This document shows positions 26,251 to 40,246 of a DNA stretch of 64,000 nt, piece after piece. The stretch spans positions 5,704,001 to 5,768,000 of the forward strand of contig OX597830.1 of NCBI GenBank assembly GCA_951406725.2. Reading direction: 5' to 3'. The notes under the pieces are model-generated. The model saw only the letters and a program-made list of their open reading frames with translations. It did no database searches and was not told the DNA's origin. The translations under genes and the position numbers were made by a program. How positions within the stretch are numbered: position 1 is the first letter of the stretch; each line of letters begins with the position of its first letter. This DNA is from Octopus vulgaris (taxonomy: Eukaryota).

Positions 26251-27273
26251 TGGTTTCTACTATAGGCACAAGGCCTGGATTTAGTCGGGAGGGGACAGTC
26301 GATCACTTCGACCCTAGTACTCAACCATCTCTGATTAATCAAGGATGACGTTGACGTTGATGGAAAATATCAGTTATGCATACGTCAGGTGAAAGAAAGA
26401 AAACTATTTCATATTTGATATTCCACCTTATTTGTATTGATTTAGTCTTTAGATAATTATTATAACTAATATGTCATAGGGCTTTACTAATTATAGTAAT
26501 TAACAGCAAGTAACCATTATGTTGTTAACTTCAAAATTAAGGCCTAAAACCCTTTCACGAGCTGTGAAGGCGGTTCCAGTTATCGATGGATCCAAATCAA
26601 TGTTTAAGATAACAAATATGTCGGTTCCATAACTGGATATTCCACTTAGAATAGCCTCAACTGATCGTTTGATGGTAATTCTAACTACTGCCTTCACTGG
26701 AAGAGAATGTTATGGAGCCAAATGTTCTCTCCAAAAAGGGTTTACAACTCCGTTTGTTTATTCGTTTCTCTTTCTCGTGCCAGACCTCCCTCCTTCACCA
26801 TCCCTGACCAGCAATTACACTTTCGGAAACGTCCGTGAATGACAGAGGCTCGTACTTTCATTAGTCAGTGAATGCGTTCGTGATTAGATGAAATTTGTTA
26901 AATGAATAATGAAAGTCAACTCAACAACGACTTATGGGGTGTGAGGGGGGGAACAGCTTTTGTTTCAGCAGATGTTTCTGTGATGACAGGTTTTCTGTAA
27001 ACTGACATCGAAGAAATATCTACCTTGAAAGAATACTCGTTGCGGCCATAACGCAAACAGACGGGCCTCCAGTCAAATGTTCCATACACCATGTTTTTGT
27101 CTGCCGCCATTTACAATATTAGGGATTTCTCTCTCTCTCACACACACACACAGACGCACACACAGACGCGCACACAGACGCACACACACACACACACACA
27201 AACACAAACTCATACACACAAGTACACACACATTCACAAACGAGCACAGGCACACAAGCACGCACTCACGCGT

Positions 27274-27305
<32 letters not shown>

Positions 27306-27869
27306 ACACACACAAAACACAAGTTTCCAAAGCGTGTGTGTCACTTTTACCTCGCTATCTGCAGCCTCTTAGTAAAAAAGTTACAGCTGAGTAGTAAACG
27401 TCCGTAAAGTTAAAACTACAAAAATTCTTTATTTTTTATGTAAATATAAAATACTTCCTGAACGAAAGGTGCCACCGAAATACTATTTATTAGCACTCTA
27501 TAATGACCAATTTAGGAAGTACTACGTACATTAATCAAGATCCCTGAAAGCCACAAGGGTCCATAAAAGTGTAGACTGATTAAAGGGTCGCCTTCCGGAC
27601 GTTTCTTTGATGCTATAGAAATTAATGACATGTAACGCCGATAAATTTAGACATCAAAGAAACGCACCTGTTACCGCCTTGACCATGTGGCCACTTGTTA
27701 CTAATGACCATTTTTATTTTGTTTTCTTCCCCACCCCATACACCCTTACATCCACACATCCACTCCTCGTGTGACAACTGGCTTATTTAAAGTTACTGAG
27801 CGGTTCTTCTATAATCACAAAGATTTTAGTGTTCAGACACAAGTGTCTTCGAATTGTCACCTTCAATAT

Positions 27870-28148
27870 TTGTTTTTGCTTCGTTTACCGTTTTGTCAGC
27901 AACGAAACAGCGGCCATGACGGGGCATCGGCTTTAAGAAATGTAGTCGAACAAATCAACCCTAGCTCTTATTATTTGTTAAAGCCAGTTTTCTTTTGCCG
28001 AACCGCTAAGTTATGGGGACGTAAACACAAAACGGGTTGTCAAGCGGTGATGTGGGGATAAAATAAGACACAAGGACACACACACACATGCATACACACA
28101 CACAAACGCATACACACATGCACACACACACAAACAAACACACACACA

Positions 28149-28216
<68 letters not shown>

Positions 28217-28355
28217 CAATGCACTTATTTCAGAAAGCTTCGGTCACCATGGGACTATAGTAGAAGACAATTACCGAAGCTGCCCCACAGTGAGATTGAA
28301 CCTGAAAGCAGGTGGTTAGGAAGCAAGCTTCTTACCACACAGCCACCCCTGCGCT
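27870..28355 (-). mobile_element. SINE family D split by (CA)n/(TA)n
   Basis: tRNA-like head at 28285-28355 (cttcttaccacacagccac..ctgcgc) and body at 27870-28060. Confidence 0.6.
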
Positions 28356-28479
28356 TACATTGGTAAAATATTTCTGTCAATTGCTTTTAATTGACTTATG
28401 TTTTACCTTTTATTTACTCCCATCATTGGACTGTGTCCATGCTGGGGCACTACGCTGAAGTGATTTTGTCGAACAATGT

Positions 28480-28790
28480 TTAAAGTCTTGTGCTGATAGA
28501 GGGATGGTGCAGAATCATGGCAACTACTTACATTGGAGAGACAGCACGCGGCATAGTAGAGCGTATAGATGTACATTGGTGAGAGCTCAAAGAAGAGAAA
28601 TGCTCGTCAGTGCCCTAGCAACATGCTCAAGCAGAACATAGAGGCTCAGTGAATAGCATAGAGGTCAAAATATAATCTAAGCATAGAATTGACACGGCAC
28701 TTAGATCACAGAGACAACACACATAGCAACAGACAGACCGATCCTTAGCAGAAAATGTGAATGGAACACTAACATCCACCACCAAACCAC
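28480..28790 (+). mobile_element. Penelope-like element GIY-YIG endonuclease remnant
   Basis: Translation TYIGETARGIVERIDVHW*ELKEEKCSSVP*QHAQAEH matches the YIGETxRxxxxRxxEH motif; contains stops. Confidence 0.7.
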
Positions 28791-28948
28791 ACAGCATGAC
28801 GACTAAAGATTGAAGGTAGAACAATACATTAAACAAAAACGGATAGAAACAGCGTAATATACATGCAATAGACATATATGCACATACCTACAATATGATA
28901 AATATAAGAAAAAATAGAGACAAAAACAACATTGGAAGCGAACCCATA

Positions 28949-30654
28949 CAGTTGCGTCGGAAATTAATTAGCACTTCTCAAATTTCTACATTTTCTTACA
29001 TTTTCTTAATTTAATTAACTTATTATCAGAAATGAACTCGTTTTTAATCAAAAATGTATTAAAACATATCCCAGCACACCACATAATTGTTATTAATCGT
29101 GAAATTTAGTCAATATCTTGTTGCTCCTCCTTTGGCAGCAATGACAGCTGCTACGCGGGTCGGCATGCTGTCTATGAGTGCCTGCAGGTACTGTGCAAGG
29201 ATGGCCCCCCATGCAGCAAGAAGTACCCCAAACAGCTCGTGTCGGTTCCTGTATTGTTGCACATTCAAATCCCTACCCAATCGACTCCAGAGGTTCTCAA
29301 TAGGGTTCAGGTCAGGTGACTGGCCAGGCCAGTCCATGACCGTCACCCCATGGTCCTTGAAGAAACTGGTTGTGAGTGTGGCTGTGTGGGAAGGCGCGTT
29401 GTCCTGCTGGAGCACGTACTCCTCGCCACCAAAGAGGTATCCCGTACTATCTCAACGTACTTTGCTGCGTTCATGTTGCCTTCGATGGCATAGAGCCGCC
29501 CAACACCACTGTAGCTGAACGCCCCTCACACCATCAGACCACCCCCACCATGCTTCATGGTGGGAGCAATGCAGCCTTTGTTGAAGCGCTCACCCCTGCG
29601 GCGTCGCACATGGACAGGCTTGTCACTGACGAGACTGAATCGCGACTCGTCAGTGAACATCACTGTCCGCCACTGCTGCACGGTCCATGTCTTGTGGGCA
29701 CGGGCCCAGAGCAACCACCTCTTCCGGTTTTGGGCTGTAAGGAGCGGCTTACGGGTGGCCCTAAAGGATTTTAGACCAGCTTCCAGTAATCTGGTCTTGA
29801 CGGTGGTTGTAGACAACTGCTTCCCTGTCATCTTTTGCATCTCCTCCGCCAGTTGCCGGCTCGTTGCCCTTCGATTGTACAGTGACTTTCGGATCAGCAT
29901 CCGGTCCTCCCGCTGGGTCGTCAGCCTCTTCCGTCCCCTACCCTTTTTGTCAGCTGCTGATCCGGTTTCCTCGTATTTCTTAAATAAGCACTGAATTGTG
30001 CGCCTGGCTACACCAAGTTTTCTGGCTATTGCAACCTCCGACAGCTTCCCACGCCACGAGAGAGCCTCGTACCGTCTCTCCAAGGTCATGCGAGGTCTTG
30101 GGCCCATCTAGGAATGAACGATAAAAACCAGTTATTTTCATTAAAACTATTTATTTGAATAATGTTATGCTATAACAAAACTGCTATGAGTTATTATTCA
30201 TTAAACAAAAAGAAAGCAGAATTTCTCACCTTATTTGATGTATAACAAAAAGTTTTGTGAACCGGAAGTGACGTCACCAAGCAGAGTGTAGGAGAATTTG
30301 TGAGGAAAAAAAATCTTGCAAATACACGAATGAATTAACCTACGAGCTGTTCAAAACGTCTTACGCGATGAGAAAACTTAGTACGGTGTGATTTCGGTCC
30401 TTGCGAGGCGCTACCTATATCTATTAAACAAAGGAAGATTTGTCTGCATCCGCACTCCAAGTTGTTGTTGCACTGCTATGTCAACATTATTAGGCTGTAG
30501 ACTCTCAAACCGCTCTGCAAACAAAGTTACGTCATCGTTCTGCGCAACAGTGAACTCGCAACAAAGCAATAGTTCGAGATATGGCCACTAGGTGACAGCA
30601 AATACCTTGAGTGAAGAGCAAATCAAGGGTGCTAATTAAGTTCTGACGGTAGTG
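28949..30654 (-). mobile_element. Tc1-family DNA transposon (~1.7 kb)
   Basis: TIRs CAGTTGCGTCGGAAATTAATTAGCAC / CACTACCGTCAGAACTTAATTAGCAC, both TA-flanked. Confidence 0.93.
29110..30107 (-). pseudogene. Tc1 DD34E transposase with a TGA at 29526 and a lesion near 29430
   Basis: GRGRKRLTT, VMFTDESRF, KHGGGGLMV*, QQDNAPSH, WPGQSPDLNPIENLW, AVIAAKGGATRY. Confidence 0.93.
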
Positions 30655-31267
30655 TATATACACACAAACACACATGCGGTAATTTTACAGGCGTCTAACA
30701 ACAACAGCAACAGCGGTAACAAGAATGGCACCACCGCCACCACCACCACAACAACAACAACGACAACAACAACAACGACAACGACAACAACGACAACAAC
30801 GACAACAATAAGTATGGCAAGCGAGTGGGCGAACACACAAACACGCTGAGTTACAAGACCGGTACCAAAAGTCAGTTTCAAGGGCAGCAGCTGTGGAAAC
30901 GTGGTGGGGGATGGGGCTGAGGGGAGGGTCATAGTCCTACGAAGAACACTGAAACACACACACATGAACACACACACACAAACACACACTTACACATGAA
31001 AACAGAATGGAACAAGAAGAGCAAGAGTACGCATGAACACGGAAAGTGTCGCTGAGGAGGTCACAGATGTGTGACAAGGGATTTCCAAAGAGTCAGCATG
31101 GGTTATAATAAGAACAGCAATAAACGAATAAAGAATGACTATATAGTGCGTATGTTTATTTTGAAAATTGACCGTCCCGAAATACAACAATATGTATACA
31201 CATGCATATCTATCCATCTATCTTTCTATCTATCTATTTATCTATCTATCTCTCTTTCTATCTATCA

Positions 31268-31332
<65 letters not shown>

Positions 31333-31343
31333 CCTACATACCT

Positions 31344-31374
<31 letters not shown>

Positions 31375-32498
31375 GTAGCATAAATACCAGGCGTTGCCCG
31401 AGTTAAAGAAGGTAATGAAATTTAAATATGCCTTTAAGTCCCTAAGTAAAATGAAAGATGGATCATGTAGTTCTCAACAGAAATTAGCCGAGCTACAAAC
31501 TACTAATGTTAATAAAATGTATTATCCAGTGTTTTCGCTGTTAAAATTGTTTAAAAACCAGGTAGTTCTTTGTCTGCAATCACCTTCAATTGTCAGTACT
31601 TATTCGAAACACGTTGAACCTGAAAATGTATAAATTTGCGAAGAACCGCCCTTCCGGGCGCGTCCTTCCTGTTGATAAGTACATTTAGCAAAAATTCTTT
31701 CAGATGATGTGTGTATAAACAAATGTATTAAAACAAATCCGGAAATGAATCACAGTTTAATTATCTAGATCTTCTAAATAGACGATGTTTCCAGTAGGTC
31801 TTTTAATTGGTGTATAAATGACAAGATTTTGGGAACTTCCTACTCGCGAACATCCTAAATATAATTGTCCATGAGAGAAACAAGGTGAAGTCTAACATAC
31901 ACATATACACACAGATGCACACACACACACACAAGTGCAGACAGTTATCATGTAAGATCTGATTTTACTGGTGAGGGAATCTTTCGCTGATGAAGTCTCA
32001 CAATAAAGAAAGACGCTCCCATTTATCACCTTACACCTAAATCTGTATGCTAATATTCTAATTTTAGTTAAGATTATTATTTAAATTTAGTTTAATCCTT
32101 TTGCCTCCTTTCACCAGAAATAATAATTAAAATAACATTTTTCTTTCCTCTGCGTGCCTAAAATTAATTAATATTCCCTGCTCACCCCATTTAACATGTT
32201 ATCATACAATTTACACTTTCAGTACGTGAACAAGTAATTCCTAGGGATCTTCTACGAAGACATTTTATCTAGGTGTACACCATCCATTAGAAATACTCTT
32301 TGTGATTTCAACCATACTTGAGATGTCAAAACTTCACACGCGAAGCACGAACGCTGAAGGCACAAAGGAATTTCAAAGAAGCATCATAATCTCTCCATTT
32401 ATAGAGATTTTCTTCCTTGTATGGCGACAAGGTATGAGGAACCTCAGTATAGATATATGAACCTAATTATATCAGGAATTGATGCTGATTATATTGTA

Positions 32499-32533
<35 letters not shown>

Positions 32534-34059
32534 CTGAGAAAGTACCTATAGTGTCAGAAATTTCTTGGCATTAAAACTACATTGCAAGGAAAAAGTTAAG
32601 CGCTCACATCGTAGATACCTCCTGCAAGTTGACTCCATTAATGGCCCCTATACAATCTGAGATTCTGCTAGAGAGGAATATTGCACAAATAAAAGAATAA
32701 ATAAATAACGACTGCTCCCTTCTTGTTAATCCAGTGTGTGTTGGTTCTGAGAAGATCTCTGTGAAATCAAATAACTTCAAATAAAATATAAACATACACA
32801 TAAAAATATGTGTGTAGATGTGTACGAATCGGTGAATCGACAGAGACAGAAAGAAAGAAAGAAAGAAAAAAGAAAGAAAGAGAGGGTGATAAAAGAAGCG
32901 AGAGAGGGAGAGAGAGAGAGAACGAGAACTTTAAAAGCTATCATACAGAATTCCTGTCATTTTCGAAAATTTTTACGAACAAATTTTGGCAGCGTGTCTA
33001 TGAGATAGCATGCATGAAGACAAAAATGGATCCCAGTTATAACTTCGTCTATTTGCACAGAAAGTCATCCTCCACAAGATGTTTGTTTGGTGCGGACATT
33101 TATCAGTAGTTCTTGGCAGTGTCCGATCAAATTGAAATATTTTGGTAAGCTCATGTACCTGAACATGCGAAACCTTTAACAGGCGGAAAGCACTGCAAAG
33201 AAACATTACTTACATATATTACCACGAAGAATCCAAACAAAATTTTATTAATACAAATCTATTTAGAAATAAGGACATTTTATAGATCATTCTTTTAATG
33301 GTACAACTACACAGAACCCTTTATTTCCGTAGGAGTCTTAAATTGACGATTTGTTTCGTTCAGTCACCAAGAAACTGCTTGCCTGACGCTGAGGATTTAA
33401 AAACAAAATTAATTATATTTGCTCACCATGCTCACCATAGCGAGATATATTTCCTCACATTACCTATGTATATATAGCTAGGTGTGCAAGACTATTGAAA
33501 GAGATAGAGAAAAGAAGAAAGTCGAAAGAAAGAGGGAGATAGCTTGTAAAAGAAGTCCCTAAACACTCGTCCTATTGTAAATCACATTTTCGTTAAGTCA
33601 TAATTCTTTATGATATATTCAATTACAGTCTTGCCACGCAGTAATCACAGCAATGTCACGCAGAATTATCTTCCGGGAGTAAAGTAAATATAAACAATAA
33701 ATAAAAACAACAGCAGCGAGAGAGTTTCTTTGCTGAAATTCATCCAAACCAATTGCATGTCTTGCTATCATACACAAATTATTGACGAGCTGTCTTACTC
33801 TGAAATCGTTGTTGATCTAATAATGTAGAATGTCGCCGAGTATGGAGATAGGGAAAATAGAATTTGGAAAAGAAAGCTGAACATTATCAAGTAAATATTT
33901 ATGAGTTCAAATAAAAAGGGGCTCCTGCCCAAAGTCAACGGCAAAATAATGCTTCAAGAAACACGTAAATATGCACAGATATACACACTCTCACTCAAAA
34001 GCACACAGAGATATACATATAAACATATATATATATAAACATATATATATATAAACATG

Positions 34060-34102
<43 letters not shown>

Positions 34103-34105
<3 letters not shown>

Positions 34106-34291
34106 AGATCGTTAGCCACTACATACATTTTTTCTCTCCTTGTTTCTCTCCTTGTTTTTTCTGTGTCCCTTTCAGTGGAAGAGCGTAGGCTCGAAACGTA
34201 AAAGACTTTTTCTATTTCTGAGAGTTATACTAATACATCTGTTTGTTTTGTACACCACCTGTCTTTGTCTTTTGTTTCTTTCATAAGCTCT

Positions 34292-34295
<4 letters not shown>
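34103..34295 (+). mobile_element. Short (TA)n-embedded element with a degenerate hammerhead-like motif (34169-34204)
   Basis: CTTT-CAGTGGA-AGAGC GTAG GCTC-GAAA-CG-TA-AAAG. Confidence 0.55.
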
Positions 34296-34359
<64 letters not shown>

Positions 34360-34364
<5 letters not shown>

Positions 34365-34488
34365 GAGATAGTAGTCCCCTCATAAATAACTTTATCATAG
34401 TTCTATACCAATACTATAGTTCTATAGTATTTGGTATAGAACTATGATAAAGTTATTTTGGGGCCTGAGGGGACTACTCTCTCTAAAT
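34360..34488. repeat. Long near-perfect hairpin/palindrome in (TA)n
   Basis: aaataactttatcatagttctataccaatactatag-TT-ctatagtatttggtatagaactatgataaagttattt, with outer arms agtagtcccctca/tgaggggactact. Confidence 0.9.
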
Positions 34489-34569
34489 AACATATATAGT
34501 TCCTCATTGAGAATAATTGGAAACCGTGTGATGCCGGAATTTTTATTCCCTATTAAATAAAATAAAATA

Positions 34570-34658
<89 letters not shown>

Positions 34659-37600
34659 TTTGTTCATACAAATACATATATATATACATATGTATACACA
34701 AACAATTACACACAGACGTGCGTATATATATATATATGTATATATATATATAATATCCAATTAGGATCTATTCGGAGTGTGTATAGTCTGATATGTATGT
34801 ATTTATATATATGATAAAATAGATCTGGATTTGTATTCCGGACCAGGGCTTCATAATAATTTCGGTTTCAGCTGAATGGTAGACGTCAGTGGAATTAAAG
34901 GAAATAAAATGTAATGTACAGAGATGAAGGGTTCCAAGAGTTTAAACAACCTGACTGAACGCACAGCTGAAGATAGAAAGAAACCAATAATTACAACAGC
35001 TAACAATTTACGCCTGAAGGTGACAATCTAAGCGAATCTTACAAAGGTAAATTCCTTGTGTCATCATTAAAGTGAAATCGTAAACGTAAGAGCTGTTTAA
35101 GAATCGCCATAGGAAACACTGTATATGCATAGTCTCTTCAACCACCCACCGAATGTCGTGAAGCATGTAAAAATAACCATTAGCAATATGATCAATGCAA
35201 TCTAATAGATCCACAAATGTACTACAATGAGGTTCCATCGCGCAGCTGATATCAGTATATAATCAAATACCTGCTAATATGATTTAGGAACCGTTCTCAT
35301 TATACTTAGAATAGAAATGTTAGATCTCGTAATCCCTACGTAAATAACCTTCTCATGCTCACCAGACAATATTTCACGAATGTCCACGAATTACAGCAGC
35401 TGTTTAAAAACATTATAAAACAGAAAGAAGAACACGTAAAAATTGTCTCCTAGCATTAAGATTCTCGAAGTAACAATATATTGAACTAAACAGATATGTA
35501 AACACCGAAATATGTAGCTTTGATTCCTGAAAGCCAAATTCCGACAGACATGCATTACAGACAGAGCAATCATTATTAAATGCAGAAGAAACTGAACTGA
35601 CTTCACATAATAATCGTACAAAATACGGCTGAGCCAATACATCAGCCCATTCTATCATCGTCACATGGAGATGAGTTCAATGCTATCAACTTATGATTAG
35701 AGACTTCGGAGGCAACCATCAATATAATATGAACCGTTTTATGTAAGACACAGTTAAGATAAGATAAGTACGGCGAGACGTCAGTTACAAGGATATTTCA
35801 CATCATTGCACTCGCTATCAGTCTTAAATAAAAGAAATGAATTAACGGTAGACGGTCAACACATAAACATATTCTTCCTCCGAAATTTCATTTCAGATGA
35901 TTATGACGTATTAAAAAACATTACACAACGTGATATAGAGACAGAAGGCGCAGCTCGTTAATGGGTAAAACATTTACTCGGTTCGATGACACATTTTTCT
36001 AACGTCTAAATTGTTTGCATCTATCAACTGGTTCGTTTGAAAGAATTGAAAAAGACGCCATTTTGGTGGGCATTAGGAGCTATTAGATTTCAGCAGTAAT
36101 TGTTCGATAAAGTCTATATTCGGGATGTATTCATGTGAAGGTAGATGTGAGATCATCATAAATGTTCAACAGAAGTTACAAGACTTGTGAGAAAATGGTT
36201 TGTTTTAAATATTGTTTTCTCTTAAAAGCATATCGCGCATGTATGTATGTTTGTATGTATGTATGTATGTATGTATGTATGTATGTATGTATGCATGTAT
36301 GTATGTATGTATGTATGTATGTATGTATGTATGTATGTATGTATGTATACGCATCATATGTATGTATATTTTAATTCTAATGGATTTGTCTTGATGTTGA
36401 AGGAACAAAGTGTGTTAGCATTTCAAAATATTATCTAGGTCATTAATCATACAAGTTAGACACATCTAGTATCACACGTCTGATGTATGTGTGTTGCTAT
36501 TTGTGTGTATGTGTGTGTTTGTTTGTGTGGTGTGTGTGTGTGTGTGTTGTGTATGTGTGTATGTGTGTATGTGTGTGTGTGCGTATGCGTGTAGATGACA
36601 CCTTTATACGGCAGATTAAAGAGGATGATGTGTGATAACATCTCTTTAAGAGCATGCTTGGTTAGCGGAAATAGCGAACATACGATTGAAGTTAGAAGGA
36701 AAAATATCCATTTAAATATATTCTTCATAACATATACGCTATGATTCTCAGATATCTTTCTTTTCAGATAGTAATATTCAATATTTAATATCAAATTTAA
36801 TCCAGAATTATCGTTTAAATGCTAAATGGCCAACATATTTTAGCAATAAGATGTTTGCTAAAAAAACTCTGTATAATCGGATAGCTTTATAAACTGCTAG
36901 CAGGTTTTAATATTTAAAACGTTAGGCATTATGATTTATTTTAATATCAAATTTTCCCAAAGCATTTATTAATGAAATATTAATAAATAGATGTATTAAT
37001 TTAATGTAAAGAACAAATACATTTTAAACGTAAATAGATAAGTGGATGAGGAGAAAGATTTTGTTTTGGATATACATGTATATAATATATGTATACACAC
37101 AAATACACAAACACACACACATATATATTTATTTATATTTATTCAAATATATATATACATACATCTATATATATATAGATATATAGAACTATAGTTAGAT
37201 ATAGATATAAATGTATGTATATAAATATGTATATATATGTTTATGTATATAAGTGTATGTGTGCGCGCACGTGTGTGTATTTATATGTTGGTAAGTAGTT
37301 ATGTAGGTATATATATGTGTGTGTGTGTGTTTGTGTGTATGTTTGCTTTTTAAAAAGAGTGATTTATTGAATCGAAACAATATTTATGTAGGTTTGGTTT
37401 AATAATCCTTTGAAATGTCCAAGAAATCTTGGTTGTTATCGAATGATTTATAAAATTCTTGGAATCAACACACGCAAATACCATCAAACATGAATGCATA
37501 AATACATATATGTATACATATATGTACATGCCTAACTATATATATATATATATGAGTGCGTGAGTGCGTATGTGTACACGTGTTCGAGCGTGTGTAGACG

Positions 37601-37673
37601 CGCGTGATTCTGTGTATATATAAGCATATATATGCTTATATACAAATACATGCATATATATTCATACTCCATC

Positions 37674-37713
<40 letters not shown>

Positions 37714-37731
37714 ATAATACATATATGTGTA

Positions 37732-37780
<49 letters not shown>

Positions 37781-37792
37781 ATGTAATATATG

Positions 37793-37845
<53 letters not shown>

Positions 37846-38589
37846 ATACACACACACATGCACAAACAAACAGAGACACATGCTCATACACATGGATTTC
37901 TTGACATTTGGTGGCATTTATTTAGGGGAAAGAAGAGTTTGGGAATATGGCTTTTTTTGTTCATATTACACAATTAAGGTGAAATGAAGACCAGGAAATA
38001 CAGATGCGCAAAGTCAACATTGTATGCATTTAACAATGACAATAATAATGGTTGTAATCCTTGCTGCTCTGGGGACAGGACTTGAAGCGAAAATTTTGTG
38101 GGAAAGCTGCTCCTTAATTTAATCAATTCCCGTGCTTGGGTGTTCGTTTATTTTTTATCGACCCTAAATTCATGAAATGCAAAGCTGACTACGCCGGTAA
38201 TTAGGCTGAGAAAGTGAAGTCGGAAGAAAGGCAGATAAGCATTTCGTACGGCCTGGAAATGATTCTGCCAGTTTATCAAATAAATAGATTCTCATAATGA
38301 TGAGATTTTTTCGACTAACATTTATATATATATATATATATATAAGTGTGTGTGTGTATGTATACATATATACGTATATATATATATATACACAGATATA
38401 TACACACATATATATATAAACTATATATACATATAAATACACCCACACCCACACACATATATATATGTAATATATTTTGTAATATATTTTATTTATATAC
38501 TTCTCTGCATATGTATATACATAAGTACATATATATATATGTATATGTATATTATATATACTTCTTTGCATATGTATATATATATATAA

Positions 38590-38654
<65 letters not shown>

Positions 38655-38670
38655 TATATAAATATATATA

Positions 38671-38714
38671 TCTAATGTAGGATAAAATTTTTTAGAAAAA
38701 TATTATCCTACATT

Positions 38715-38717
<3 letters not shown>
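38671..38717. repeat. Short inverted repeat inside (TA)n
   Basis: tctaatgtaggataa ... ttatcctacattaga. Confidence 0.85.
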
Positions 38718-38772
<55 letters not shown>

Positions 38773-40246
38773 TTCCATATGTATATACTATGTATATACA
38801 CGCATATGTATGACTGTTCCAAGAAGAGAGAAAATAGCGCAATACTAAATGGCGCGCTGGTTATAATTCGTACGTGCTGAGATATCTACGTCATACACAC
38901 AGACACGCGCGCACAGACACGCACACACGCACATGCACACATGCACACACACACACGCACAGATTCACAAACACACACACAGGCAAATACACACGTGGGC
39001 CCGCATATAACTTTTTGATTGAGAGAAGAATGACTCGTACCACGAGAAAAGTAAATATATGGTTTCCAATTTTTTGCTCTGTTTTGCGTTTAATTCTAAT
39101 TTTTATCTACATTCAAGAAGCGAATCAACAGGGACCAGTTTCTTTATTTTCTGCAAGACAGCGATCGCTGTGTCGCCTACTAAAAATCTGATTCAATCTT
39201 AGTTTTATGGAAATATTGCTTGGATGCTTGCTTTTTCGCATCTGTTTTTGCTCCTGGTTAGATGAATTCTGCATCTTTTTATTTTACTTTATTATATTTT
39301 ACACACACACACACACACACACATACATACACTTACACACATGTAATATATATATATATATATATGTATATAAATGTGTGTACATATATATATATGTGTA
39401 TATATATATATATATATATGTGTACATATACATATACGTATACATACATGTCTATATATATATACACATACATATACGTATACATACATGTCTATATATA
39501 TAGATATATATATATATATAGGTTTCTATATATATATATGTGTGTGTATTCATACTTAAGTATAGATGTGTTTGCATATATTTATATGAAATACAAAGCT
39601 GAATGCGCGTTAGTTACAACTCGTGTAAAAAGAGCAGCTCTGAGTACAGAATGCAGCAATGCTTTCAGTAAAGAAAGATAGTGAAGGTAGCTAAAATAGC
39701 ATACATAATTAGTTCCCAAGATAAATGATAAAAAAAACGAAAAAAATTGAGAAATAAAAAAGCCATGAAGAGGAAAGGTTGCATTGGAAGCTTAGCGTAA
39801 GAATTGGTGAATTTGAAGGAAATGCGACGCTTTTGAATGATGCCGCGAGCAACGAGGATGGGTGGTGTATTTTTTGCCCTGATAATTACAAACGCGAAAA
39901 ATATTTCTCCTTATATTGTGACTGCTTTTCTCTTCTATTTTTATATTAAAATCTTGTCAACAGTTGGTGGAGACATTGATTTCAAATAAGGTGTCAATAC
40001 GTAAGAAAATACACACACACACACACACATAGGTATATATATATATGTATACATAAATATATACACATACACACATATAGGTATATGTATATATACATAT
40101 ATACACACACACATACACACGTACATGCATGCATGCATACACAAATACATACACTCATTGATTAGTCATATACCGTTAGCATAAGAGAGGAATTTTTCTC
40201 CACAGTTACAAATATATTTAACTAACCTAAAGTTATGTATGTATGT

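Noticed and set aside
31375-31420. HINE/Helentron-like 5' motif (tagca..accaggcgttgcccgag)
   Set aside because: No matching 3' end was located with confidence.
33061-33144. Possible 84-nt exon (tttgcacag ... gtaagc)
   Set aside because: Peptide not recognisable and no partner exons; such splice-like pairs occur by chance.
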